NCBI GenBank assembly: GCA_951406725.2
Contig: OX597825.1
Coordinates: 63,674,001-63,738,000 of the forward strand
Source of the DNA: Octopus vulgaris
Lineage: Eukaryota
Reading direction: 5' to 3'
DNA length: 64,000 bases
Shown here one piece after another: positions 1 to 13,071 of the stretch (the first letter of the stretch is position 1; each line of letters starts with the position of its first letter). The notes beneath the pieces are model-generated. The model was not told the DNA's origin and made no database searches. It saw nothing but the letters and a program-made list of their open reading frames with translations. A program made the translations under genes and the position numbers.

Positions 1-724
1 CGTTAACGTAACATACTAATTAATTACTTGCTCATTAGCTGGAATTGAAATCTGAGTAATGCAAGTAATACTTTCCTAAATGATGCTAGCTCTGTTAGTA
101 CATATATACGAAGCATATTTAAAATTGCACTGCAAAATTTAGTTACTATTATACGTTAGGGTTACGCAACCAGCAGCTAATTGTGATGATAATATCATAA
201 AAGACGCCTGCGACATAATTTAAAGAGATTGATCATTTTAATTAAGATATAAGAAACTACGTATCACTTACGAATCCAGGATTTAATCAACTGCGTATTA
301 TAACCACAGCATTTTGCTGTGTCTCTAACTAATCAGTGAAGGATGTTAAAGTTTTCAAAGTAGACAAGATATTTCAATTAATTGTCTTACGGGAAATGTC
401 AATATTAGGTTGTGATATTGGAAAATGTATCCAATAAATTGGAAAGTATTTCATGAGAACTATTTTGAAATGTAAACATAAGAATTTCGGGAGACATTAT
501 TGACTAACAATTTCAGTCACTAAAATAGTCGTAATAAAGAGAGAAGAAAAGCTGGAAGATCAAGCGGTTGCAATTTAACTAGACAAATATCATTTATCCT
601 ATTGTATTAACATGAAATCGATAAATTCTATCACTGAATGTTGTTTTGCTCAGAAAAATCAATAATTCACTTAATACAATTTAAAACAACATTTTATAAA
701 ACGAATAGTTTTGAATTCATTTCC

Positions 725-778
<54 letters not shown>

Positions 779-786
779 ATAGATAT

Positions 787-823
<37 letters not shown>

Positions 824-1005
824 AAGAGAGACAAATGATAGATACATGTATATATACACACATATGTATATATATAGATATACACACAAAGCCATACATG
901 CATGCCTGTATGCGAGTGTGTCTGTGAGTGTAAGCATATATATAAGGGGGTGTGGCTGAAAATTTCCTGGCTTTAAGGATTTAACGAAAGACCTGATTAG
1001 ATATA

Positions 1006-1077
<72 letters not shown>

Positions 1078-1150
1078 GTATATATATACATATATATATA
1101 GATATATACATATATACATATAAATATATATTTACATATATGCACACACG

Positions 1151-1205
<55 letters not shown>

Positions 1206-1227
1206 TATATATATATACATACATATA

Positions 1228-1345
1228 CTGGTTTCTCTCCGTTTCCGTCTGCAAGTCCGAAGCTATAGATAGAAGACACTTGCACAATGTACCCCTCAGT
1301 GACACAGAACTCGGAACCATTTGGATGGGAAACAAGATTTCACAC
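1228..1345 (-). mobile_element. Degenerate partial copy of SINE family A (tRNA-derived, CORE-like)
   Basis: Diverged match to the family A head/core (agaagacacttg...gaactcggaaccat) seen intact at 22685 and 58967. Confidence 0.6.
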
Positions 1346-1579
1346 ATTGGTCTTCAATGAAGCTGTCGCCGTAGAGTGTGTTACAGATGTACCCATTCAA
1401 TAGGAATTAGCCTATACCAACGAGGTTGTGACGCAAGATTAGGGAACGAACTGCTTTGCTCTTAAGAGGTTTTCACATACTTCGAAAAGTATATATTTCT
1501 GTGATTTTTTGTTAACTAATAATTTTATAGAATTTCTGGAGGAAAACACCATTTTCAAAATATCGATTTCCAATTATGG

Positions 1580-1768
1580 CACAAGATCAGTAATTTCGGT
1601 GCAGGAGATTCACTCGATTACATCGAACCCAGTTTTCGCGTGGTACGACTCCAAACGGACTGAAGGCAAACCTGAATTCGCCGGATTTTGAAATCAATAC
1701 CTATAGCCGAATGAAATAAGGATTATTTTTCCCGTCGTACTAACGATTCAGCCATATCGCCGCCTTAC
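1580..1768 (-). mobile_element. Degenerate copy of SINE family B
   Basis: Contains ggcacaag...gattacatcgaacccag...tgaaggcaaa...cgccgcctt, similar to the reverse complement of 17354-17583. Confidence 0.6.
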
Positions 1769-1814
1769 CATGTGCTAATAACATTACTGTTCAGAGAAAT
1801 TAAGTGTTTAGTAA

Positions 1815-2110
1815 GAAGTATCCATCCATCTGACTTCCCTACCGAATATTTCTTGCTCGTTTGTATGCCAGTCATCAGACACATCTTCCATACGGTCTTA
1901 ACATAAGAAACCATCATTTCTGGCTAATAATTTCCCAAAGATGACTAACTGGTATTATGAATATTATCCACCCATTATGCTCACGGTTTTCTCCAAAGGT
2001 ATGTTGCCCGTTGGCTCGGCTGGAAGAATATCTCAAGTGGATCTTTCCTGTGACTTTCTACATAGTAGTGCATTGTACTATTGCAGTGATCTTTGAATGC
2101 TGAGAACTAT
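1815..2110 (-). mobile_element. Highly degenerate 3' end of an RTE-like LINE
   Basis: Minus strand encodes ...SQERS..ILPAEPTGN..., resembling the RTE C-terminal 'ERLPK.IL..EPTGKRPRGRP' motif; multiple stops. Confidence 0.35.
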
Positions 2111-2357
2111 TGACACGACCTGTAAAATATATTTTTTCTTCGTAGTAACTTCGCTTTTAAATTCGCAATACGGTGTTAAAATAAAAGTACACAATATTTC
2201 ATAAGTGTACTTATAATGGTGTCTTATGGAGCACCTCAAAGGTATATCTTCTTTTCACGTTCAGTATATTATATTGTTAATATTAATCACTTGTAAGAGA
2301 CAAAAATATACAAATATTTCTGAGTTGCATACTCGTAAAAGGATACTATACTGTTAT

Positions 2358-2427
<70 letters not shown>

Positions 2428-2823
2428 GAGGAGGAGGAGAAGTAGTTAAAGAAATAACTCAGTGGTACTGGCATTAATACTAAGTTGAGTTTATTGCAAC
2501 AATCGCATAAGCGCATACTTAAAAATATTTAAAACTCATACCCAACCATATGTGATGATGGTAGTAATAGAAATAGTGCACCTTGTGATAATAGGAGTAA
2601 TATTGATAAAATAAATAAACCTGAAATTAGCATTAATGAAATTACAAATAACACTGTGGATCCCGGTATTGGAAGGACGGAAGCGATCGATATGCTGAAT
2701 AATGCTAGATCCCAATAAGGGCAAAAAAGTGTAATTGTAGGGACCCTCTAGGATGTCCGATTAGCGGAAATTGTTGCCAGAAAAATGCTATTTATAAATG
2801 TAGCGTTGAAACGCAAAAAGGCC

Positions 2824-3157
2824 ATAAATTAAGGCAATGGAGCTGAAATGATATAAATATAATTATATAAAAAATAATGTGTAAGGAAATCAGAACAGAG
2901 TCCATTCAAGCCCCTCTCTACGATTGTTTCAAAGGAAGCTGCTTCACATCATTAATGCACAATCCATTAAAGAATTCCAAAGGCAACACCTTTTCATCAG
3001 GAGAAAACATCACATTTCTTATTTTTACATTGTTTAATTGCAGAAAAGTGAAAAAAGAAATGTTCTGCATTCCCTGCACTTTATTTTTTATATTTATACT
3101 CTTGTATTATTATATATTTATATTTATATCATTTTAGCTCCATTTCCCTAAATATTT
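2824..3157. mobile_element. MITE/foldback-like element with long imperfect terminal inverted repeats
   Basis: aaggcaatggagctgaaatgatataaatataa (~2831-2862) is the imperfect reverse complement of ttatatttatatcattttagctccatttccct (~3118-3149); inner arms (ggaaatcagaaca / tgttctgcattcc) also pair. Confidence 0.6.
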
Positions 3158-4215
3158 AGTCGCCTTTATTTTGCATGAATTTATTCTATGTATTTTTCTT
3201 CATTCGACTTATGAGAAACAAGTACGTTTCCAGGTATTGTCAGTTAAGGAGCAATCATCACTGGCCATAAGTGAACTTTTTGTTGCTTATCGTTCTTTTA
3301 ATGCATGCTTTTCCTTTCCTCTGCTATTTTAGTCGATGAGTGCATTACATCAATCTCTCAAATTGCTTTGTGTCATTTTGAATGTTTTTAAAGAGTTACT
3401 GATTAAATCTTTGAAACACATGTTTTGGTTTACATTGAAACCTCTTTGCTCTTTTCGTCTGAGTATATAACAGTTGTTTGAGTTTGTATTGCTCAGATTC
3501 CCTTATCAGATGACCGGTCCAGCAAAATCAACCATCTCCATTACGTCTGTACAGAAAAAAATACATCATAAACCTTTTTTACTGAGCTACAGAGATGCTT
3601 TCGGTCATATAACATGTAGACTACGTCTCGCCATCTTCTAGTAATTTTAAGCTCTACATATTCAGATTTATATAACAAGCGAGTTTTTGCGTTGTTAGTT
3701 TTTGACTAGTTAAATGAATATGTGTACGTACTCTGTAATTGCCAGTGTTTAGAAGAGCCATACTCGATTAATGGGTCGGCACCCACCTTAGCCTACATAT
3801 ATGCATGTATATATATATGCATATATATATATATATATGTATATATATGTATGTATATATATATATACATACACATACATACACGTATAGATAGATACAT
3901 ATATAAGTACATATATACATACATGCAGGCATATATACACATACACATAAATATCTGTTCTCAGTTGTTGTTCTTTAAAGTTGATGAGTGTGATACACAA
4001 ATGAATATTTATGTCTACAAGAAATATTAATATATTCTCTTACGCTAACAGTACGAGCACATGAACCAGAAACTATGTTCATGACACACATCGGACACGC
4101 ACACACATATACACGCAAACTCACATGCGTATATATATATACATATACATATATATATATATATATATATACATATCTATATATACATATGCTTATACAT
4201 ATCTATATATATATA

Positions 4216-4266
<51 letters not shown>

Positions 4267-4805
4267 CATATACATATATGCATTCACCTTCATAGCCACA
4301 CACATTTAATTCTGTGATATAGTTCAATCGGGATCGATTCACAAAGTTTGTTTCTTGTTTTCTTCAGTATTTGGATTTGCAACTTCTTAAGTCTTTACTT
4401 TTACTTCATATATTCTTCCTTCAGCCATTCCGGTAGCTGCAGAATATATGTATATATATATATACATATAATTCTTTATGCTAAACATTCTTCTGGTTTT
4501 TATTTACTCCGTCTTTCTTATTTCCTTTCTGAACATAAGTACTTTTTATGTGACTACCTAAATATAAGCGGTACAAACATTAGCAGTGCTAGAACATTAA
4601 AGGAGATAAAAAGTGATTACTGATATATAGAAGTTGAAAAACATACTAATAAGAGCAATACAAACTCAAGGGAAACTTGGTAAAGTACAAACAGGTAAAT
4701 ATATATTACATATAAAATCACATATATTTAGGTATATTTATGTAAATGTACTTGCATGCGTATGTGTGTGCCAGTATATATGTATAGATATCTGCATATA
4801 TGTAC

Positions 4806-4856
<51 letters not shown>

Positions 4857-5302
4857 AACACACACACACACACATATACAACGCATGTATATGCTTGTAT
4901 GTATATAGATGTAAATATTTATTTGTACGAACACATGCACACACATACATACATATATACCTTTATATAGAGAGCTATATGTGGAGAGAATATTTGATGG
5001 CCGTTTGTGAGTGTGTCTAAATGTGTGTGTACCTGTGCATGTGTGTATGATTCAGTCATGAGGTTATTCTTTCATCTCTAAGTTCCACCTAAAATACCTT
5101 TAACTACTGCTGTATTTCGTATGGCGTAGAAAATCCATAATAATATTTTGTTAATATTAGTTATTTTAACGACTTTTAGCAAATATTATTTGCGAATTCA
5201 TATCGACCGTCACTGTTATATGTTGCTACAATCCTTAGTGTTAACCCACAGTAAAACACGGCTAAGTTGCGATATTTAGCTGGAGGCGTATAGAGTTTCG
5301 CA

Positions 5303-5558
5303 TGTGAACCGATTTCCACGACGATATATGTTTATTTAGCCTTTACCTCACCTTTGCTGATGAAGTGGCACCACGTCGGTATTAGCTGATGCTCGTGAAT
5401 GGGAATACAGCCTATTGAGAAGAAAAGAATTGAATCCAGATTCTGCTGGCTTGATGCAGTATATCTCTATCTGTCGCTATCGAAATTTCTCATTGACTTC
5501 GCAGTTTCAGCGAGCCTGACTTCATAAACCCCATACTTTTATTTGTTCTGCATCTAAC
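5303..5558 (+). repeat. 256-bp segment duplicated at 13251-13506
   Basis: Colinear match from tgtgaaccgatttcc to catctaac, about 9-10 substitutions by eye. Confidence 0.95.
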
Positions 5559-6035
5559 TAAAATATGCACATCGGCGCAAAGCTTGTAATTCCCCGTAAT
5601 GCAAACGAAACTCAGGATTGTTGAAGAAATTTGGTGTAAATATCAATATAAGGAAAATAGAAACCGCGCCTAACTTGCTAGACATTAATTTTAGCTGCGA
5701 AACAGGAAATAACGCTCCCTATAGAAAGCAACTAATAACACTATATATAAATGTACAAATTCGTATTAGCACCGGTTATAATTAGAAACTTACCAAGAGA
5801 CCTCACTGTAAAAATCTTCTGTTTATTCTCCAATATCTTTGGAGAATAGTTATCCCATTTGCTCTTGTCGTGCAAAAGTTTGGTTTCAGTGAGTAGTCAA
5901 TGGAAAGGGGAAAAACACAATGACACATCGCAGAACATTAAGAGGTAAAAAACAGAAAACTTCAGTCCTCTGTGCAAATCAAATTTCTCTGTTGTTTATA
6001 AAAGATTCCCGTTCATTAGATTATAAGATTAAGTA

Positions 6036-6357
6036 TCACTCCGTCGTTTACGATGACGTGGGTTCCAGTCGGTTCGATAAACGGAACAGCTTGCTCATGA
6101 ATTAAACGTGCAAGTGGTTGACCACTCCTTAGACAAGGGTACCACTAATGTTAGTTCTCTGCGAGATTCGGCGTGACACAGATTGTGACGAGGCTGACAC
6201 TTTGAAATATAGGAGCAACTCATTTTTGCTACATGATGGGAGTGGAACAATGTGAAATAAAGCGACTTGTTCAAGAGACACAGCACAATGCTGGTCATCG
6301 AATTCACATTACGATCATGAGCCGAATACCCATAACCATTAAACCACGCGCCTTCAC
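6036..6357 (-). mobile_element. tRNA-headed SINE sharing its 3' module with family C
   Basis: Minus-strand head gtgaaggcgcgtggtttaatggtta...; its 3' part (cactccgtcg...aacggaacagc...gcgtgacacag...ttgaaata) matches 33331-33510. Confidence 0.75.
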
Positions 6358-7350
6358 TGGTTATAAGAGCCATAAACCTGAACACATAAATGCCAGAAAT
6401 TTGTTAGTGTGCAATGTATTGAGGAAAGTTATATTAGTGTAGAGAATATTGCTTCCAAAAATCGCACGCTATGACAAAAAATATGCACATACTCTGTTTC
6501 TCACTTACTCACCTGAAACTGTCAAAATCGATTTATCTGTCCATGGTGTGTGCACACATGTAAATAGTTCTGTCTTTATGTGTACGCGTATACTGGTGTA
6601 GTATATAAATGCGTCTCTGTGTGCGTGTGTATGTACACGCGTGCATCAACGTAATATCAAATACACACACAATACAGTAAAACGGAAATTAAGCCTTTCT
6701 TCGTTTATACATTTTATTTCTTATACAGTTAATTTTTGTGACTTTGTTATGGTTTGCTGCCGATTGTTAGTGTGGAATCGTTCTTGTTAATTTTCGCTTT
6801 ACAGTGCTTTTGTTTTTGGCTCTGGTGTTCTTATTTTGCTGTTTACAGTAGTGTTGATGAAGCTGTGCTAACTGCTTCTATTGCTTCCTGTGTTTTTATT
6901 TTTTTCTTCATGTTTTTTTTTTTTTACAATTTTGCTTTTGTCTTTATTTAATTATGATCAAACCGGTGCGGAATAGCTGTAGGTTATTAAGAAAATATTT
7001 AGAACATTTGAGATAAAACAGAAAATCAGCAGCAACACATATAAAGAATTATAAAGTTATACTGCAATGTACTTTAAATCTTTTCTGCATCACCACCTTC
7101 TTTTTACAAGAGACTGTGATTGAACTGTTTCATGCGATCTAAAGAGAAATATACCTGACCCAGTCCCCTAATTTACGTTTTGCACTTCACTAAATCATCC
7201 TGTGGTTTGTTTGTGTTTTTAACACCTGAAGGCGAATTAGTATACCATCTTCGTTTTCTTCCAGCCACTTGCAGCTTTTTCAATTCTCAATGGACTGTTT
7301 TCAAATCTTCCGTACAAATATAGTTTTGCAAGCTGATGATGAGTATCGCA

Positions 7351-7745
7351 GGCATGGGTGGTGTGTGGCAAGAAGCTTGCTTCCTTGCCCCATGTTTCCG
7401 GGTTCAGTCCAACTGCGTAGGAAGTATATTCTACTATAGTCAAGGGATGAGTAAGGCCTTGTGAGTGGATTTGATAGACGAAAACACAAAGCTCCTCGTA
7501 TATATAAATTTGTGTGTGTGCGTGGGAAAGTGCAAGTGTGTATGTGTGCGTGTCTTGCTGTATGCATTTGTCGATCGGAACCACTTGACAACCGATACTG
7601 GTTTGTTTACGTCCCCGTAACTTAGCGTTTCCTCAAAAGAAATTGATTAAATAAGTGCAATATTTTAAAAAAAGGTAGTGGTGTGGTTTCATTTGACCAA
7701 AAGTCCTTCTAGGTGGTGCCCCAACATTGCCGCACTCTAATTTAA
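7351..7745 (+). mobile_element. SINE family A, diverged full-length copy
   Basis: Head gtggtgtgtggcaagaagcttgc...gggttcagtcc, core ccttgtgagtggattt, tail cttgacaaccga...cttagcg. Confidence 0.85.
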
Positions 7746-8414
7746 AAGATTAATGATCGCATTCATTTTTTTTTGTTTCGTTGATAATAAACAAGATAGA
7801 AGATTTAAAGTTATATATTTTTAGCCAATGATGTGAGTCGAGTGTCCTCACAAGTGGAAATGGCAACCATGGAAACAACCAGAATATCGTTGTTTACCCA
7901 CCGAACTGCCGTAAAAAAGAAGGGAAGAGTAAAAATTGATTAGGTGTTTTTTTAAACCAATTTTTTGAAAGCAAACCAACAAAATGTTACAGTTAAAAAA
8001 AAACCCAAAAAAACAATGAATGAAAGAAAAGAAAGAAAGAAAGGAATTAATAAAAAAACAGAACTTAATGAAAGAAAACAAAGATTAAACAATGACAATT
8101 ATTTTTCACATGGACTGTCATGGAAAAGAATAAACATTTTTTTTCACATGGAGTTTAATGAAAGAGAACGAACCTCCGTTTTGATTTTTGCAACCACTAA
8201 AAGGTTTATATTTATGTAGTTAGAATAATAATATCATTTCGATTGTCACAGGTTTTGGTCTGGAATTAATATTGAATAAATCAAACGAAAACTCACCCAC
8301 TGTTAATAAAAGAAAACAATGATGAAATAATCTAATGTAACGGAGTGATATGAATTTAACAAAATCGAGCTGTGCACTGTGGTATCTTTTCAAACAAATC
8401 ATATTTTTCATACA

Positions 8415-9270
8415 TGCAGCGCTACATAAACTCACAGAGTTACGAGTTCACTGTAGAACGATGAGAGTCACAGCGCCGTTTATTCCCTCACTTAAGATAG
8501 TCCCAAGCGCATTATACTTATGTTTACAAACTCAGCGCTATGTTTCGACGTTCTATTGTGCAATCTGTACTCTGGTATCTCAGTAATATACAAGTATACG
8601 CGCTACAGATCACTGTAAATAGTTGTTCACGGTAGAATTGGCAGACGAATGCAATCTTCAAGCGTATCACGATTCTGAGAACGTACGACGAATATATAAG
8701 CTTTCCAAGTTTCGCGACACACACTACGGAAAATCCACTCTTCGAGTAGTAATCGACTCTGGTTGTTCTTCTTCTCAAAACCTCCATTTCAACTTTTTCA
8801 AGAATTCTGTTAGGACCACCAATCTTTATTGGATTGCGGAGCAAATCGTCTACATAGACCGCACGCAAATAATTTTTATAACCTTCTGCCGCGGTCGCAC
8901 AGGTCCCTAGTTCATCTTTACACAACCTAGTTGTTGTCATCTCTTTGAACGAGCAGTAGATAAATAAAATGTAACTTCCATGTGGGAAGGTTCCTCATTA
9001 CAACCATGTGCCTCTTCTAACAGACACAGATTCTCAGCATTTTCTCCTGCTACATCTCCAGTATACGCAGCAAACGTTTTGTTTATCTTCATATTATGAC
9101 GTTTTCTTCACTTCTAACAAAGAACTCCCTTTTCTCGTTAAAAAAAAAGAAAATGACCGTTTCTTTCACCATCTTCATTTTCTGTGTCAAAGTAAAAGAA
9201 TCTAACGCTGCAGCTTCTTCCTCTGTATTTTCTCTGTCGAAAAACTTCTTTAAGAAGTCATTATCAAAGG
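8415..9270 (-). pseudogene. Merlin (IS1595/ISXO2-like DDE) transposase fossil
   Basis: Stitched frames read YWRCSRRKC*ESVSVRRGTWL..FIYCSFKEMTTTRLCKDELG..IGGPNRILE..EEWIFRSVCRET..RDTLEDCIRLPILP*TTIYSDL*RVY..NKRRCDSHRSTVNS*LCEFM*R. This follows the Merlin motif order (WRC..SIRKGTW, IGGP..VEIDE, WVFGG.CRET, ILPGTTIYSD.WRAY, YLCEFMWR). Stops and frameshifts present. Confidence 0.9.
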
Positions 9271-10798
9271 AATTTTTCGAACGAATAGCCGGCTGCTGAC
9301 GGCCTCGTGCTGAATTGAAGAAATTAATTAATGAGGCGGAGATGTCATGACAAAAAAACAGTTTCAACATCTGCTCTGAGGCCAGTGGCTTAAAATTCAT
9401 TGGCTCAAAATACATAATTTTAAATGCTTCTAACTTCATTACTATAAATTTTCCAAATTAATAAATGTGATATTTCTCATCAGCAAACAACATTGTATAA
9501 ACATTGATCTTTTGTTCATTTTTTTTTTGTTTTCAGATTTTATGAGATTAAATTTTCTGGTTGGAAGAAAGCGAAAGATGCCCTTAGTCTAAATAGGCTG
9601 GAGACTATATTATAGCATCACTGTTTAGTGTCGTAGCAATGTTTTGTGTAGAAGTTGGCATATTATTAAATATACCAACGTCAGATGTACTTTGAGTTTT
9701 AACCACAAAGGAAGAGAGACATAAATTAAAGTGATTAATCATCATAATTTCATCGTAAAAAAGTATTTTACTACCGAGACATGATTTAAGGTAAGCCATA
9801 ATATTTCATTATATCTGTGGCCTGTCTTACTAGCATTCATTACCATTTTCATTTTTCCTTTCTTATATCGTCAACTATGTGTAATATGAAAAGTACAGTC
9901 GACTCGAGAATATATTTCTGAAATGTTAGCTATTACTTGAACATTTACTTACCGAATTAACACGGCTGTCAATATTTAATCATAAAATTTATAGTAAAAC
10001 TGGAATTGAAAATAGTTCTGGAAAATCATAAATGGTTTTGCGTCATGATCACTAGCACTTAATATTCTAATAGAGCCTTGGAAGCGTGTACATTTCTCTT
10101 CTAACAACGCAAATATATATTTAAGAAACTTTTACATAATTTTCTGCAATATTGCATCCTTAAGTATGAACCCAAATCTCCATTTCAGGGAAATGGGAAG
10201 ATTTCAAGTATACAGATGTTAAAAGGCTGACAGCTACAATAAGCATGGTAGCGGCAATGTTGAGTAAGAATAAAGTGCAGAAATTGCCTGTAAATGTCGT
10301 CAAACTGAATTATTTCCCTTTCAAATTCTCTACTTCTTTCTACATCTCCTACCCACCACGTTCTTTTACTCTCTTACACTCATACAAATGAAACACACGA
10401 ACTAACATTTCTCAGCCCAAATGACTATATACAAAATGGTTATTTATAGTTTTGGGCTATTTTCTTATTACAATTACTTCTTGTGAAATCCTTGTCTAAA
10501 AAAGAATAAGATTTCAAATAAACTAGCAAGTAGAAAATAATTCTCGCTTTTTTCATTCATGCATGCATGCATGCATACATACATACATACATATATACAT
10601 ACATACATACATACATACATACATAGAGATTCAATCCATCACTGCAACTATAAAAATCTATATAACTTTCCAGAAGTTGATCATTTAAGTACATATGAGC
10701 ATGTCAAGATATGCATGTATATGCATGAGAAGAGATATATAAATCAAATATACAAATCTGCACGTATACCTACCTACATAAATACATACACACATACA

Positions 10799-10832
<34 letters not shown>

Positions 10833-10902
10833 CATGCATGCATGCATGCATGCATGCATACATACATACATACATACATACATACATACATACATACATA
10901 CA

Positions 10903-10933
<31 letters not shown>

Positions 10934-10988
10934 GCGTGTGCGTTCTTCTTTATGCCTATATTTCTGCGTCGGTCAATTGATATTTATA

Positions 10989-12156
10989 TATAACCAAGAA
11001 AAAAGTTCCATGGAGACATATGAGATTCTAAAGCATAGAACAAATAAAAATCTACTTAATAACCGTATTGTATTCACTCAAAAATCAAAACTCTAAAATA
11101 TTTTAAATAGAAATTTGTATGTTCTCCAAATGGTGTTCTTTGTAACCGTACCTTTTTAATATAAAAATAAATAGTATTTGTACTATGCTACCTTTTAATT
11201 GACTTTAAAGTCAATTTAATTAACCTTACTATAAATTGCTAATCTTTATTAATTCTATTCTAAATTTAATATGTAATACTATTTCCTTAATGATACATTT
11301 AATTTTCACTATAAATTTTTGAATAAGTAAAATCCTCCTACCAATTGTTATTTGACCTCTAGATATCGACCTGAATTCTTTCTTACAATATATAAACATA
11401 AGTTAAAATAGAAACAATAATAAATAAATTACCTTCTATTCTAGTGTTATCCTTAATTTTCTACTGTATCTTCCTCTACTGATAACCTATGATTCCTTTA
11501 GCGTTTTCCTTTGATTTCTCTGTATTCTTTATCCCACCATTAACTCTGTGAGTTTCTAAGTTCAGGGCTGGCGGTGGTCAAACTTACTGTTCTTTTATGA
11601 ATTTAAGATTACTTCAACACTAACCTAGATTTTCTGTCACCACAGAAATAGACTATCTTTTGTCTGTGGCATCTTTATTCCCTCTTACTCCCCCACTCCT
11701 TTCCTCCCATAATGTCTTTACTTTGGCTAAACCTACCTCGCTGTCTTTCTTGCTACTATAAAATTCTGTCTGCAACAGTTAGATGTGAACTGAACCGGTG
11801 TGTGACCAGTATCTTCCCTCATGTCTCCTGGAACTTATATCTGCATATTTATGGATGGATTTACCTTCTCTGAGAAGTTAATAATCATTTTAAAAACTTA
11901 TTTTAAAAATTGTGCATTGTTGGAAAGCATATAAAGTCTGCTTATAATCTTACTTCAAATTCATAGAACTCGCTCCTAATACTTCATAAGGATATTTACA
12001 CTCTCTAGGATGTTTGGAAAACATATATGTGATTTAGCTGACGAATACTTGACATTATATTTGCTGTAATATTTGCAGCTTTAAATAAAATGTTCTTAGT
12101 ATGAAACAATTGTACTAAACTACTGATCCATTCCTGTTACTTTTTTCTTGGTTATA
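10989..12156 (+). mobile_element. 5'-truncated Penelope-like retroelement (EN C-terminus, 3' UTR and hammerhead-bearing tail) with 18-bp inverted ends
   Basis: Starts with ETYEILKHRTNKNLLNNRIVF, similar to the PLE GIY-YIG C-terminal 'E..EI.KH...LLN'. HHR at 12033-12119. tataaccaagaaaaaagt (10989-11006) is the perfect reverse complement of 12139-12156. Homologous copy at 50638-51310. Confidence 0.8.
12033..12119 (+). ncRNA. Type I hammerhead ribozyme with long stem II
   Basis: Stem I TTTAG/CTAAA; core CTGACGA (12038-44); stem II ATACT...AGTAT with internal GCTGTAA/TTGCAGC hairpin; GAAAC-AATT-GTA (minimal palindromic stem III, GUA cleavage after 12114). Confidence 0.88.
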
Positions 12157-12270
12157 ATCACCCCACATAATTTTATGGATAATACCATAAAGAATTCTGG
12201 TGCATCTAAGTTAAGTACCATATTCATTTGAATTCATTTGAATTCATTTGAATTTTAAATTGTTTTGCTG

Positions 12271-12316
<46 letters not shown>

Positions 12317-12611
12317 TGTATATATATACATATATATATATTTCTCATCCTCCCTTTCATTCTACATACATGTATAAAAGACTTATATTTTCTTAGTATG
12401 TATTTATAGTAATAACAATTACTAATTAGAAAAAAAAGGAACACCGAACGAGAGACGTTTCGCCATTTAATGCAATCTCTATACAAAATGTTTTATTTGA
12501 AACAACAAGACTTTGGTTTAGCCTAAGTAGATAACGATAGATATTTTCCTCGACAACGACGTGAAGGTATACGAAAATAATACAGACGATTGTGATAAAT
12601 TGATTTTTATA

Positions 12612-12786
12612 ATTGATATTGATTTCATATTTTGGCACAAGGCCAGTAATTTCGGGCTTCAGTACACAGCTAATATTTATTTTATCGACCCTGAGGGGTT
12701 GAAGATAAAGTCGACTACAGCGGCAAAAAGAATGCCGATAGGCCTTTTGTCCGGCGTGCTAATGACTCCACCTTCTTGCCGCCTTA
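12612..12786 (-). mobile_element. SINE family B copy
   Basis: ggcacaaggccagtaattt...ttttatcgaccctgagggg..aaagtcgac...cgcctt. Confidence 0.75.
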
Positions 12787-13071
12787 TTTGTTATTTATAT
12801 TAATATTTGTATTTTTAGGTATTGCTTGTAACATTTACATGTATAGCTTACATTATCTATCTCTGTGTCTGACTTTTACCCTCCCTAAATTTTGTATACA
12901 TATAAACGTGTGTAAGTGTGTGCGCGGTGCGCGTGCCTGTGTGTATGCGAATAGTATATAATGTATATTCATTTAGACGTATGTTGGAAATAGATGCTGC
13001 GTAAAATTTTTTGATTGTTTGAATGATTCTGTTTTGATAGCGAAATTAAATATGTTTATTGAGAACACTCT

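Noticed and set aside
944-1000. Mariner-like TIR fragment (gggggtgtggctgaaaatttcctggcttt)
   Set aside because: Isolated ~50 bp with no partner end or coding remnant
5356-5400. CTGATGA motif in the duplicated segment (also at ~13305)
   Set aside because: No suitably placed GAAA, stem III or stem I, so not a hammerhead
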